Assembly: GCA_038141705.1 (NCBI GenBank)
Contig: JAYQIQ010000004.1
Location: 327,135 to 391,134, forward strand
Length of the DNA stretch: 64,000 nucleotides
Source of the DNA: Candidatus Eutrophomonas brisbanensis
GTDB taxonomy: Bacteria > Pseudomonadota > Gammaproteobacteria > Burkholderiales > Eutrophovitaceae
Reading direction: 5' to 3'
A program made the translations under genes and the position numbers. Within the stretch, counting starts at the first letter, position 1; each line of letters begins with the position of its first letter. The notes beneath the pieces are model-generated. The model ran no database searches and was not told the DNA's origin. It saw only the letters and a list, made by a program, of their open reading frames with translations. Of this stretch, positions 1-10,235 are shown piece after piece.

Positions 1-990
1 GCCGACGGTATCCATCATGTAAGCGGCTTTGAGAGTAAGCAATCGCGCCTGCTCAATCATGATTCTGGATTCAGCGATACGCTCATGCCATACCGACTGC
101 TCAGCAACTGGCTTACCAAAAGCCACTCGACCCATCAGCCGTTTACACATAAATTCAAGCGCGCGTTCCGCCTGACCTATGATTCTCATACAGTGATGGA
201 TTCGCCCTGGCCCCAATCGACCTTGCGCAATTTCAAAACCTCTACCCTCACCAAGCAAAATGTTTGACGCTGGAACCTTTACGTTGGTCAGAGAAACCTC
301 CATGTGGCCATGAGGCGCGTCGTCATACCCAAACACAGTCAGCGCACGCTCTACCTTGACCCCAGCAGTATCAGCTGGGACCAAAATCATCGACTGCTGC
401 TTATGTCGATCAGCACCATCCGGATCAGTTTTACCCATCACAATGAGGATCTTGCACCTCGGATCACCAGCACCCGACGACCACCATTTTCTTCCGTTAA
501 TAACGTAGTGATCTCCAGACTTCTCAATTCGACATTGGATGTTCGTAGCGTCCGACGAAGCAACTGCAGGTTCCGTCATGAGAAATGCAGATCGGATATC
601 TCCGCTCAATAACGGCTCCGCCCACGTTTTGATCTGCTCATCCGTTCCGTAGCGAAGGATCGTCTCCATATTTCCGGTATCCGGCGCAGAACAGTTAAAC
701 ACCTCAGGTGCCCAGAACACCCTCCCCATAATTTCACAAAGAGACGCATAGTCCAAATTGCTTAGCGTTCCACCATGCGCTTTCGGACGCCACAAATTCC
801 AAAGACCTCTCTCTTTTGCTTTTGCCTTCGACTCCTCCACGATTGCCGTAGGAATCCACGCGTTACCGTTTTTACGGTTCGCGTCTATCTGCTCAAAAAA
901 GATTGCCTCATTCGGATAAATAAATTCATCCATAAACGCTTTTACTTTTTCTTGAAGCGTTTTCACTTCTGCTGAAAATTCAAAATCCAT
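1..990 (-). CDS. acyl-CoA dehydrogenase, N-terminal ~330 aa (3' end runs off the window)
   Basis: Absent from the ORF track because it is open at the window edge. Reverse-strand translation from the ATG at 988-990 reads [29 protein letters not shown]...GLWNLW...[15 protein letters not shown]...[18 protein letters not shown]...[23 protein letters not shown]. This is typical ACAD domain order (FadE2/ACAD10-11-like). Confidence 0.85.
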   Translation of the reverse strand, partial: MDFEFSAEVKTLQEKVKAFMDEFIYPNEAIFFEQIDANRKNGNAWIPTAIVEESKAKAKERGLWNLWRPKAHGGTLSNLDYASLCEIMGRVFWAPEVFNCSAPDTGNMETILRYGTDEQIKTWAEPLLSGDIRSAFLMTEPAVASSDATNIQCRIEKSGDHYVINGRKWWSSGAGDPRCKILIVMGKTDPDGADRHKQQSMILVPADTAGVKVERALTVFGYDDAPHGHMEVSLTNVKVPASNILLGEGRGFEIAQGRLGPGRIHHCMRIIGQAERALEFMCKRLMGRVAFGKPVAEQSVWHERIAESRIMIEQARLLTLKAAYMMDTVG

Positions 991-1057
991 AATTGCTTCC
1001 GTCGTTTTGGAGGCCATCTCTCAATGGCTCGCAGTTAATTTTCTGAAAAACTGAATT

Positions 1058-1507
1058 TTACACGCGTTGGGCACTTCCCTCAGGTGATATCACTTCAAAA
1101 TCGCAGATTTTATTTTTAAATGTATCTGCCAGCGGTACCGATTTTCGCGTGTGAGGATTTGCGTTGACGTACGTGATTAATATTTCCGCGAGAGCTTCAT
1201 CACCTCGAAAAACTCCCACTAAAAAATCAAAACTACTTTTTCCAAGACGCGCTACTCGCACTAAGATATCTATCTCATCGTCGTACCGCGCCGATGCGTG
1301 ATATACGATTGTCGACTTTTTCGTGAATAAATCCTCCGCCTCAACTTGGAACGCATCCGGGTATGGCATACCAATGGCGCGATAATATTCTGTCACTCCG
1401 ATGTCGGCATACATCAAATAGTGGGGATTGAACACAATGCCTTGGGCGTCCACTTCAGCCCACCTCACGCGGATACTCTGAACTAAGCGAAAATCACTTT
1501 TTTTCAT
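1058..1507 (-). CDS. acyl-CoA thioesterase, 4HBT/YbgC-type hotdog fold
   Basis: 149-aa ORF. The N-terminal RVRWAEVDAQGIVFNPHYLMY matches the 4HBT catalytic-Asp motif. It lies head-to-tail with the CoA-metabolism genes. Confidence 0.8.
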   Translation of the reverse strand: MKKSDFRLVQSIRVRWAEVDAQGIVFNPHYLMYADIGVTEYYRAIGMPYPDAFQVEAEDLFTKKSTIVYHASARYDDEIDILVRVARLGKSSFDFLVGVFRGDEALAEILITYVNANPHTRKSVPLADTFKNKICDFEVISPEGSAQRV

Positions 1508-1543
1508 CTCTAACTAAATACAGAATTGCTTGATGACATCACT

Positions 1544-2005
1544 CTAGCCATAACGCCTCGTTAACCATTCAGCGACGAGTGCTGGTTTGCTCTCCCCTTC
1601 GATCTCGATCGTAACAGCCCAAACTAACTGGACGCCATCTGGTATGTCGACTACATCCTCAAGATAAAACCGCGCCCTAAGCCTCGAATCTACTCGAACA
1701 GGCGCAGTAAATCGCACACGATTAAGACCGTAATTGATTCCCATCTTAGAGCGACCAAGATCAATCGTTCCATTCAAAAATTTTGATAACAACGAAAGCG
1801 TCAGAAATCCATGAGCAATCGTAGAACCGAAAACACTCTCGGACTCAGCTCTATCGGCATCAACATGTATCCACTGAAAATCTCCAGTTGATTCCGCAAA
1901 CCCATCGATCATTTCTTGAGTCACCTCTACCCAATCACTAACCGCAACCTCAGAGGACTTATACTGACGCAGGTCACCAGGTGTATTCACTCTCATTAAA
2001 CTCAA
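1544..2005 (-). CDS. MaoC-like (R)-specific enoyl-CoA hydratase/dehydratase
   Basis: 153-aa ORF with the hydratase-2 motif region FAESTGDFQWIHVDADRA...IAHGFLTLSLL. It overlaps the upstream aldolase stop by 4 nt. Confidence 0.8.
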   Translation of the reverse strand: MSLMRVNTPGDLRQYKSSEVAVSDWVEVTQEMIDGFAESTGDFQWIHVDADRAESESVFGSTIAHGFLTLSLLSKFLNGTIDLGRSKMGINYGLNRVRFTAPVRVDSRLRARFYLEDVVDIPDGVQLVWAVTIEIEGESKPALVAEWLTRRYG

Positions 2006-2772
2006 CCCTCCGATTTAAATGATTTAACAACCGCATCGGTAGATCGAGCTAACAAGAAGGTGTCGCCTGTGACGGCCACAAAACTTGCACCTGCAGCTAA
2101 CCAATTTTTTGCATCTTGCTCATTAAACGCTAAGATCCCGGCAGCACAACCAGCCTCAACAGTCGTGGTTATCACATCTAGCATTGCTTCTTTCGCACCC
2201 TTGGCACTGGGGTTTCCAAGATGACCCACGCCAGCTGCCAAGTCCTGTGGCCCAACAAAAAGACAATCGACCCCATCGACCGCAGCTATTTTTCCTGCAT
2301 TCTCTCGCCCCAATTGAGTTTCAATTTGCAGGATGAGACAGATATTTTCATCGGCGTGATCAAAGTAATTATTCATACGCCCAAAACGGTTCGAGCGCGA
2401 ATTTGCCGAAACTCCTCGATACCCACGCGGCGGATATCGAACCGACCGTACCGCCTCTTGGGCTTCAGCCAATGTCTGAACATTCGGCAATACGATCGTC
2501 TGGACCCCTTGGTCCAATAGCCGCTTGATCGTAACCGCATCATTCCAAGGAGCACGAACCGCAATATCCACATCGTAAGCGGCCGCAGCGTGAATTAAAC
2601 TCAAGACCTGCGGAACATCGTTCGGCGCATGCTCCATATCAATCAGAACCCAATCAAATCCTGCTGATGCACAAATCTCGGTCGCCACATGGCTCCCCAT
2701 ACTCAACCAACAACCAATTTGTCGTTCTTTGCCTTGAATTCTCTTTTTGATCCGATTCTCTATAAACTCCAT
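2002..2772 (-). CDS. HpcH/HpaI-family 2-keto-3-deoxy-acid aldolase
   Basis: 256-aa ORF. GCWLSMGSHVATEICASAGFDWVLIDMEHAPNDV...RYPPRGYRGVS is the characteristic HpaI/HpcH signature region. Confidence 0.85.
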   Translation of the reverse strand: MEFIENRIKKRIQGKERQIGCWLSMGSHVATEICASAGFDWVLIDMEHAPNDVPQVLSLIHAAAAYDVDIAVRAPWNDAVTIKRLLDQGVQTIVLPNVQTLAEAQEAVRSVRYPPRGYRGVSANSRSNRFGRMNNYFDHADENICLILQIETQLGRENAGKIAAVDGVDCLFVGPQDLAAGVGHLGNPSAKGAKEAMLDVITTTVEAGCAAGILAFNEQDAKNWLAAGASFVAVTGDTFLLARSTDAVVKSFKSEG

Positions 2773-2846
2773 TGGCTACCCCGTTGCTTGATTCCGATAC
2801 GATCGATTAACATAAACCTTCCATTGATCATACTTGAAAGTCTACG

Positions 2847-3761
2847 ATGCTATTCCAGGGTGTTATACCCATTCTCGTTACGCCATTTGACTCCGACGAG
2901 GCGGTTGATTTGAAATCGGTCGCGATGTTGATTAACTTCATGCGAGAGCTTCAAGTCGACGGGGCAACCATACTCGGCGTACTCGGCGAAGCAAATAGAC
3001 TGACAGACACGGAACGCGAAAAAATTATTTCCACTGCTGTGGAGCACGCAAGAGGTTTACCGATCATCGTTGGGACAAGTGCGAGCGGAACGAAAGCGGT
3101 TATTGAATTAAATCGAATGGCCTCATCACTCGGCGCCAGTGCGGTCATGATTACACCGCATGCGGAACCCACCCCTTCAGAAGAGAGGATTTTTCAGCAC
3201 TTCGCAGACATCTCCGAAGACGCAAAACTTCCGATAATTTTGCAAGACCACCCCGCGTCAACGGGTGTACATATGTCGGTTGATTTAATTATCAAACTCA
3301 TTGAGCAACTACCAAATATAGTTGGACTCAAACTCGAGGCAGTGCCAACAGCACCAAAATTAATCCAAATCAGGAAACAATGCGCGAGACACATCAACAT
3401 CATGACGGGCCTCGGAGGGCTTTATGGGATCTTTGACTTGCGCGCTGGATCAGACGGTTTCAATACGGGTTTTGCATTCCCGGAAGTGCTTCAAGCAATG
3501 GTCAGTGCCGGTAAAAATAAAGACTGGTCAACTGCGTTAAAAATTTATCAGCGATTCAGCCCAATGTTAGTACTAGAGCAACAACCCGGGGTCGCAATTC
3601 GAAAACGATTATTACTCGCGCGTGGCGTGATCTCTAATGCTGCAGTTCGGAAGCCAGGAGCAAATCTGAGCCCCCATCTTTCTGATGAGATTGACTACTT
3701 GATCGAAACGCTATTACCTGAACAGGACATCACCCAGCGAATTTGCGTGCCGAACGCCTAA
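2847..3761 (+). CDS. dihydrodipicolinate synthase/N-acetylneuraminate lyase family protein
   Basis: 304-aa ORF. It starts MLFQGVIPILVTPFDSDEAVD and contains GTSASGT and a class I aldolase TIM-barrel pattern. It is divergent from the HpcH aldolase. Confidence 0.8.
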   Translation: MLFQGVIPILVTPFDSDEAVDLKSVAMLINFMRELQVDGATILGVLGEANRLTDTEREKIISTAVEHARGLPIIVGTSASGTKAVIELNRMASSLGASAVMITPHAEPTPSEERIFQHFADISEDAKLPIILQDHPASTGVHMSVDLIIKLIEQLPNIVGLKLEAVPTAPKLIQIRKQCARHINIMTGLGGLYGIFDLRAGSDGFNTGFAFPEVLQAMVSAGKNKDWSTALKIYQRFSPMLVLEQQPGVAIRKRLLLARGVISNAAVRKPGANLSPHLSDEIDYLIETLLPEQDITQRICVPNA

Positions 3762-3769
3762 ATTTCAAC

Positions 3770-4078
3770 TCAATAATTTTCCAGCTCGTAGCTACGCTCA
3801 TCCATCGCCTGGACAACACAGTTCACATCGTTACAAACCGATAGCACATTCTCATACCAGTCGATCTGAGACTCCTGCAACATCTTAATGTCAACCCCTC
3901 GACTCATGGCGAGGTTGTAAGAGAAAGCGAGTTGCTCGTGCGCAACCGAAGCGCGGCTGCTCGTACAAATTAGACGCTCAACGTTTGAATTTGGATTACT
4001 GCAATTTATAGCAGCCAATAACGGGCCACCCAAACCAAACAAAAGAAATAACGCCACAAACAAACGAATATTCTTCAT
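3770..4078 (-). CDS. small exported protein, DUF1311/LprI-like
   Basis: Signal peptide MKNIRLFVALFLLFGLGGPLLAA when started at the internal ATG at 4076-4078. The pattern C..P.S..E.LIC...R....H..L...Y......Q..W......C....C resembles the lysozyme-inhibitor LprI N-terminal family. Confidence 0.5.
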   Translation of the reverse strand: MKNIRLFVALFLLFGLGGPLLAAINCSNPNSNVERLICTSSRASVAHEQLAFSYNLAMSRGVDIKMLQESQIDWYENVLSVCNDVNCVVQAMDERSYELENY

Positions 4079-4121
4079 GCTTCCCTCACACATAGTGTTC
4101 TACCGTCCGTTACCACAAAGG

Positions 4122-4868
4122 TTAGAACGAGACTAAAACATCTCCTTCCATTTTTGGGACTACTGAAGTAACACTTAACCCAGCGGCAAATTGGACTTCA
4201 TTTTCCATACCGCGATCTAGCATCAATTGACCCACACGCGATTTGAGCAAAAGATCTACGGAAGGTTCCGATTTAAAAACTGCATGGGCAGCAAGTGCGG
4301 CATCCGAAAAATATTCCCGAGCGCTATTCGGACGTCGTTCCAACAGCAAATCTACAAAATATCCCGCACCACAAATATCCTCTAAATTGTGATTTCCCAT
4401 CGATCCAGAACAAACGATAAGGATGGTTTGCTCCGGATGTGACGCCAAGACATACTCGACTACAGATTTTGCATTAATTAGGGCTCCAGCATAGATGGCA
4501 CTCGCACCAACCGACTTCTTTAACGCCACCGTTCCGTTCGTGGTGGAATAAATCAGCATTTTTTCTTTCAGATTCTCTTTCGCTAAAGCCAACGGCGCAG
4601 GTGAGGCAAAACCTGGGAGTGTTACCGCGTAGAGCTCACCCGCTAACACATAGCTCTCGGCATTAAGCGGGTCTGCAACTGCCCGCGCTGCATTCTCACT
4701 TTCCACCGGGTGGACTGTCTTCGCTCCGTTCGCGAATGCGTTGATGATAGTAGTGGTCGCGAATAGCACATCTAGGACAATTACAACTTTGCCCTCAAGG
4801 CGCTCGTGATCGAGAGCCTCTTTCGTGTAGAGCACATGAACTTTATGACTGAAGTGCTCCGCACTCAT
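4122..4868 (-). CDS. 2-phosphosulfolactate phosphatase (ComB) family protein
   Basis: 248-aa ORF. VVIVLDVLFATTTIINAFANGAKTVHPV...STTNGTVAL...IVCSGSMGNHNLEDICGAGYFV matches the ComB family layout. Confidence 0.75.
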   Translation of the reverse strand: MSAEHFSHKVHVLYTKEALDHERLEGKVVIVLDVLFATTTIINAFANGAKTVHPVESENAARAVADPLNAESYVLAGELYAVTLPGFASPAPLALAKENLKEKMLIYSTTNGTVALKKSVGASAIYAGALINAKSVVEYVLASHPEQTILIVCSGSMGNHNLEDICGAGYFVDLLLERRPNSAREYFSDAALAAHAVFKSEPSVDLLLKSRVGQLMLDRGMENEVQFAAGLSVTSVVPKMEGDVLVSF

Positions 4869-5331
4869 AATGACCCCTCCGGTCTTTTTAAGAAAAAATT
4901 TATACCTACCATTGACATCACCAACTCACCATCCTGGTTTTCAACTTCCCACTTTGTCTTGACAATCCCACGATCGGGACGACTACTCGAGGGTCGCGTT
5001 TCGATCACGGTACGATATGCGGTTAACGTATCACCAGGGTAAACAGGTCGCGGCCACCTAACCTCCTCGATACCTGGAGAGCCAAGCGAGGCGGAGTCGA
5101 GCAGATAGGAATCGCACATGAGACGCATCACCATCGAGCAGGTATGCCAGCCACTCGCAATGATGTCGCCATAAATTGATTTTTTGCCTGAGCCGCATCC
5201 ACATGGAAGGGTTGGGGGTCAAAGCGTTTTGCAAAATCCAGCACCTCCCCTAACTCCACCGACACCGACCCCATACAAACACGCTCCTCGAGCCTAAAAT
5301 CCTCCCAAAAATATTTAACTGGTCGCGACAT
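4865..5331 (-). pseudogene. MaoC/hotdog dehydratase, frameshifted in this sequence
   Basis: ORFs 5128-5331 and 4865-5134 are two halves of one protein. Adding one base to the T6 run at 5180-5185 gives ...[34 protein letters not shown]... Confidence 0.8.
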
Positions 5332-5372
5332 AAAAAATTTAAATTAATACGGATACGTCAAAGTAAAAGGCT

Positions 5373-6221
5373 CTAGTACTTGTACCAACCTCGCCCCACT
5401 TTTTTGCCGTTATAGCCGGCCTGAACCATCTGCTTCATCAGCGGGCGCGGCTTGAATCGATCTCCATAGGCATCGTGCAAAATTTCTTCGACCTGAACAG
5501 ATAGACTAATTTGCGTTGCATCCATTAACTGAAAAGGGCCAATCGCATGTCCCAACCCCAATCGGCATGCGAGATCAATATCTTCAGGAGTAGCCACACC
5601 CTCTTCGACTAAACGCATGGCTTCTATCATGAATGCATGCAGCATTCGGTTTACAGCAAACCCGACAACGTCTTTAACTTTGATTGGGGTCTTTCCGATA
5701 TCTTTACAAAAATTCATCATCGATTCCAACACATCGACATCAGTATCCAGAGCCGGTATAACTTCAACCAGCTTCATCCGAGAAACAGGGGAAAAGAAAT
5801 GAGTCCCAAGAAATTTTTTCCTCCTAGATTCTTGAACGTGCGAAGCCAAAGCTGTAATTGAAATACTCGAGGTATTACTAGCAAACACCGTGTGGTCAGA
5901 CGTAATATGATCTAGACGGGAAAATATATCGCCCTTTACTGCCTCGTCCTCGAAAACTGCTTCTATGACTAAATCCCGATCTGCAAAAGAATCCAAATCC
6001 TCGGCCACCTCAATTCGTGGCATCACATCCTCAACAACTCCTGCTTCATAAAACCCACGATCGACCCCTTTTTCAAGCAACCCGTTTAACCGCGATAATG
6101 CCTTTTCTGTCAAATCTCGATTCGCATCATTCAATAAAACCGACCTTCCAGACAAAGCGCTCACCAGAGCGATCTCTGCACCCATTAACCCTGCACCCAC
6201 TACTCCAACTTTTCTGAACAT
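5373..6221 (-). CDS. 3-hydroxyacyl-CoA (3-hydroxybutyryl-CoA) dehydrogenase
   Basis: Rossmann N-terminus MFRKVGVVGAGLMGAEIA from the ATG at 6219-6221; the longer ORF start at 6272 would overlap the upstream ACAD. Also contains HFFSPVSRMKLVEV and a C-terminal HADH domain. Confidence 0.85.
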   Translation of the reverse strand: MFRKVGVVGAGLMGAEIALVSALSGRSVLLNDANRDLTEKALSRLNGLLEKGVDRGFYEAGVVEDVMPRIEVAEDLDSFADRDLVIEAVFEDEAVKGDIFSRLDHITSDHTVFASNTSSISITALASHVQESRRKKFLGTHFFSPVSRMKLVEVIPALDTDVDVLESMMNFCKDIGKTPIKVKDVVGFAVNRMLHAFMIEAMRLVEEGVATPEDIDLACRLGLGHAIGPFQLMDATQISLSVQVEEILHDAYGDRFKPRPLMKQMVQAGYNGKKVGRGWYKY

Positions 6222-6256
6222 TTTTTGAAATCCTAGAATGTATTGCTTAAATAAAA

Positions 6257-7447
6257 CTACAACTGCTTCCAACTTTTCTTAGGGGACACAAACCCTGTTG
6301 TGGCCGCTTCTTCTTTTCGCAGATTAGAAAATCTCGAACGATGAAAGCGCTCTCCACCAAACAACGTGTCAAACATAGTCAACTTTTTAACGTAATTACT
6401 CAGCGGCAACTCATATGTCATCCCCATACCTCCGTGGAGCTGAACTGCTTGCTGGGACACAAATCGTGTAGCACGTGCAAACAGAGACTTCGCCGCCGAC
6501 ACGGACCGAGCTCTTTCGTAGGGGCTATCTCCCCATGCGTTTGCAGCTGCGAGCGTCAAAAGTGAATGGGCCTCTTCAATATTAATAAACATGTCGACTG
6601 CTCGATGTTGTAGGACCTGAAATTGCGACAAAGATTGGCCAAATTGGTGTCTATCCTTGAGGTAATCAACAGTCATTTCATAAGCCGTTTCCATGGCACC
6701 AAGTGCCTCGGCACAACTGGCCATTGCCGCACGATCATATACACATTCGATCGGCGCGAACGCCCGGTCAAGGGTTCCAATTACAGACTCAGACCCAAGC
6801 CTCAGGTTATCAAACTGAATATCCAAAACTCGACTGCCATCTAACAGCGGATACACTTGCCCGCTAATCGATTCGTCTAAGGATTCGGCAATGAAAAGCG
6901 TGATTCCATCTTTATCGCCGCTAGATCCAGAGGTGCGAGCAGAAATAATAAAACGATCAGCACTGGCACCACCTAGTATCAACGTTTTCTTTCCACTCAG
7001 AACCCATACGCCCCCCTCTTGCCTAGCAATGGTCTCGACGTGCGAGAGGTCTTGATGACCTTGCATCTCGGTATGCGCTAGGACTAGCGTTGACTCACCC
7101 TTGATCAACTCAGGGAGAAGTACCTTTTTGTGCCAATCTGACCCACAAAGTTCGACGAGCCCTGCCGACATGACGACATTGGGAATGTACGGCTCGATCA
7201 CAAGGTATTTTCCAAGTTCTCGCATGACAACCATCACATCAATCCCAGACCCAGAGAAACCACCATGTTCTTCAGAGAGGGTGAGGCCCAAAATTCCTAG
7301 CGATGCGAAACCGGTCCAGACTTCGCGAGACATCGGCTCTTGGTCAAGCACCATTCGCTGACGCATCTCGGGCGCATAGTTCTTATCCAAAAATCGTTTC
7401 AGCGCATCGACCAACAAAGTCTGGTCTTCAGTTAAAGAAAAATTCAT
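6257..7447 (-). CDS. acyl-CoA dehydrogenase family protein (non-canonical catalytic positions)
   Basis: 396-aa ORF with ACAD architecture (GFASLGILGL, HGGFSG, QLHGGMGMTYE). It has MFDTLFGG where MCAD-type enzymes have IYEGT. Confidence 0.8.
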   Translation of the reverse strand: MNFSLTEDQTLLVDALKRFLDKNYAPEMRQRMVLDQEPMSREVWTGFASLGILGLTLSEEHGGFSGSGIDVMVVMRELGKYLVIEPYIPNVVMSAGLVELCGSDWHKKVLLPELIKGESTLVLAHTEMQGHQDLSHVETIARQEGGVWVLSGKKTLILGGASADRFIISARTSGSSGDKDGITLFIAESLDESISGQVYPLLDGSRVLDIQFDNLRLGSESVIGTLDRAFAPIECVYDRAAMASCAEALGAMETAYEMTVDYLKDRHQFGQSLSQFQVLQHRAVDMFINIEEAHSLLTLAAANAWGDSPYERARSVSAAKSLFARATRFVSQQAVQLHGGMGMTYELPLSNYVKKLTMFDTLFGGERFHRSRFSNLRKEEAATTGFVSPKKSWKQL

Positions 7448-7476
7448 ATTGGAAGCTTCTCTTCGTTCACAAAAAT

Positions 7477-8671
7477 TTATAACCCCAGGACTCTTCGAGC
7501 GATGATATTCCTTTGAATTTCATTGGTTCCGCCGTAAATCGAGGTCTTGCGCATATTTAGGTAACGTGCTGCCAAAGGTGCGGCGTAGGCAGGTCCAGGC
7601 GTTTTACCGATAAACGAATCCCCCCAAGCCATGGGGAGGTATGGGAGTGCGGCCAGACCCGCAACCTCCATTTGCAATTCCGTTAATCGTTGCTGAATTT
7701 CCGTACCTTTTATTTTCAAAATAGAAGCCTCTGGTCCTGGCTCACCTCCCGAATCATCGCGAGAGGCTACACGTAACACAGTCATTTCTAAAGCCAGCAA
7801 ATCTATCTCTAAATCCGCTATTCGGTCCTTGAATATCGGATCCTCGAGCAACGGTTTTCCCGCATACATCTCTTCAGACGCCAGATGCTTCAAGTAAGCG
7901 AGCTCACGCTTAGAGACGCCAACTCCAGCAATTCCGGTTCGCTCGTGAGAGAGCAAAAACTTACCAATACTCCAACCCCTTCCCTCTTCCCCGACTAGAT
8001 TCTGAACTGGAACTTTCACGTCGCTAAACCATACCTCGTTAACCTCATGCTCCCCGTCCAACGTGACTATTGGGCGAACCTCAACGCCGTCGGTGGACAT
8101 ATCACAAAGCACCATGGATATACCGTTTTGCTTGCGCTCGCTCACCTCGGTCCGCACGAGGCAAAAAATCATATTTGCCCAGTGCGCATGCGTTGTCCAA
8201 GTCTTTTGTCCGTTGATCACAAAGCTGTCGCCATCGCGCACAGCCTTTGTCTTTAGCGAGGCCAAATCAGAGCCTGACCCAGGTTCGGAATACCCCTGGC
8301 ACCACCAATCTTCGCCGGACAGAATTCTGGGTAAGTAGTTTTTTTTGGTCTTCAGTCCCAAATGCAATCAGCACGGGACCAATCATATGAAGACCAAAAG
8401 GCGATAATCGCGGAGCACCCAGCGCAGCCGATTCGACATCAAAAATATGTCTTTGTACAGCATTCCACGCACAGCCCCCGTGCTCCTTTGGCCAATGCGG
8501 AGCAATCCAACCTTTTTCGTGCAAAGCCGCGTGCCAGCGTTGCACATCCTCTTTAAAGATCCGTTTATGTTCGAGGACTTTTCGAGCAACGTCACCCGGC
8601 AACGACTCGGACACAAAATCTCGGACTTCAGCCGCAAAATCCAATTCTTCCTTGCTGTAAGTTACTTCCAT
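7477..8671 (-). pseudogene. acyl-CoA dehydrogenase, frameshifted in this sequence
   Basis: ORFs 8267-8671 and 7477-8367. Removing one base from the T8 run at 8339-8346 gives ...[39 protein letters not shown]... The C-terminus is SIYGGTNEIQRNIIARRVLGL. Confidence 0.85.
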
Positions 8672-8847
8672 TTTTATGATTTATTACATTTAGTATGATT
8701 CAGCAAAGAAAGTGAGAATACGGCAACTCGCACTACTAAAGCAACCGAACCAATTAAGAACGCCAGAGGTAAAACCGTATAAAGAGTATTATTCTGCAGT
8801 TAAGCAGACTTTCTTCAACCTAGTTGACTAGTTAGAGAGGTTTCAAC

Positions 8848-10191
8848 ATGAATACGCGCGATGATTTAGCGATTAGCGAAGTGAATTCTTCCCTCAATCT
8901 CAGACCTCTTTGGCTCCCGTTTACGCCGAACAGACAATTTAAGTCTGATCCTAGACTCATCGCCCGAGCTAAAGATATGCATTACGAAACCGTCGATGGC
9001 CGGCCATTACTGGATGCCATATCTGGCCTCTGGTGTGTAAACGCGGGACATGGTAGAACCTCCATCGTCAAAGCAATTCAGGAACAAGCGGCAAAACTTG
9101 ACTACATCACTGCCTTTAACATGGCTCATCCAGCGCAATTCCAAGCAGCTGAATTGATCGCAGATTTAGCACCGGATGGGTTAGATACCGTGTTTTTTGT
9201 TAACTCTGGTTCAGAAGCAATTGATACCGCACTAAAAATTGCACTGGGATACCATCGTGCCCGTGGAGAACACCGACATCGATTAGTCGGACGGGAACGT
9301 GGTTACCACGGGGTCGGATTCGGAGGGATATCCGTAGGCGGAATGACGCCTAACCGGAAAGTCTTCAGCCCTGCTCTGTTGCCAGGGGTGGATCATTTGC
9401 CTCACACCCATAATTTGTCGGAAAACAGCTTTTCAAGAGGACAGCCAACTTGGGGAGCGCATCTCGCCGATGATTTGGAACGTATCGTCGCCTTGCACGA
9501 CGCATCAAATATCGCAGCGGTAATAGTGGAGCCGGTTGCTGGATCGACTGGTGTGTTGGTTCCACCAAAAGGCTACCTCCAGCGCCTGAGAGAACTGTGC
9601 GATAAATACGGAATCTTATTGATTTTTGATGAAGTGATAACAGGATTCGGCCGAACAGGAAAACCATTTGCATCGCAAACCTTCGACGTAATCCCGGATA
9701 TGATTACGTTTGCTAAGGGAGTAACAAATGGCTCCGTACCGATGGGCGGTGTGATCGTTCGTGAGGATATCTATCACGCATTCCTAGATGGCCCTACTGA
9801 GCAAATCGAGTTCTTCCATGGTTACACGTACTCAGGCCATCCCCTCGCTAGCGCTGCAGCCATTGCTACAATGGATGTGTACCGCGAGGAGGGATTATTT
9901 GAGCGCGTTAGTGAACTAGCCCCGTATTTCGAAAAAGCTGTACATTCTCTCAAAGATTGCCCTCATGTTATCGACATCAGAAACATGGGGTTCATGTGCG
10001 GGATCGAATTAGAGCCCGTATCCAATCATCCAGGTAAGCGCGCCTATGAAACCTTCAAACGATGCTATGAAAAAGGTGTTCTCGTTCGCTCAGCTGGTGA
10101 CACTATCGCACTTACACCACCTTTTATTATTTCTGAAAAACAGATTGATGAAATCATCAATTGTGTCGGCGAGGCGTTGCAAGGAAATTAA
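8848..10191 (+). CDS. class III aminotransferase (omega-amino acid / beta-alanine:pyruvate type)
   Basis: 447-aa ORF. LWLPFTPNRQFKSDPRLIARAKDMHY...GLWCVNAGHGR...FDEVITGFGRTG...TFAKG (PLP-Lys region). Confidence 0.85.
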   Translation: MNTRDDLAISEVNSSLNLRPLWLPFTPNRQFKSDPRLIARAKDMHYETVDGRPLLDAISGLWCVNAGHGRTSIVKAIQEQAAKLDYITAFNMAHPAQFQAAELIADLAPDGLDTVFFVNSGSEAIDTALKIALGYHRARGEHRHRLVGRERGYHGVGFGGISVGGMTPNRKVFSPALLPGVDHLPHTHNLSENSFSRGQPTWGAHLADDLERIVALHDASNIAAVIVEPVAGSTGVLVPPKGYLQRLRELCDKYGILLIFDEVITGFGRTGKPFASQTFDVIPDMITFAKGVTNGSVPMGGVIVREDIYHAFLDGPTEQIEFFHGYTYSGHPLASAAAIATMDVYREEGLFERVSELAPYFEKAVHSLKDCPHVIDIRNMGFMCGIELEPVSNHPGKRAYETFKRCYEKGVLVRSAGDTIALTPPFIISEKQIDEIINCVGEALQGN

Positions 10192-10235
10192 AACTAGAAC
10201 CGCCAAAAATATCGGCTGAGTGTGAGTACTGAGAT

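Noticed and set aside
85-975. Three + strand ORFs (85-267, 304-612, 775-975) listed in the ORF track at the left edge.
   Set aside because: They lie antisense to a continuous, clearly homologous acyl-CoA dehydrogenase frame on the minus strand (1-990). Their translations are low-complexity with no family resemblance, so they are shadow ORFs.
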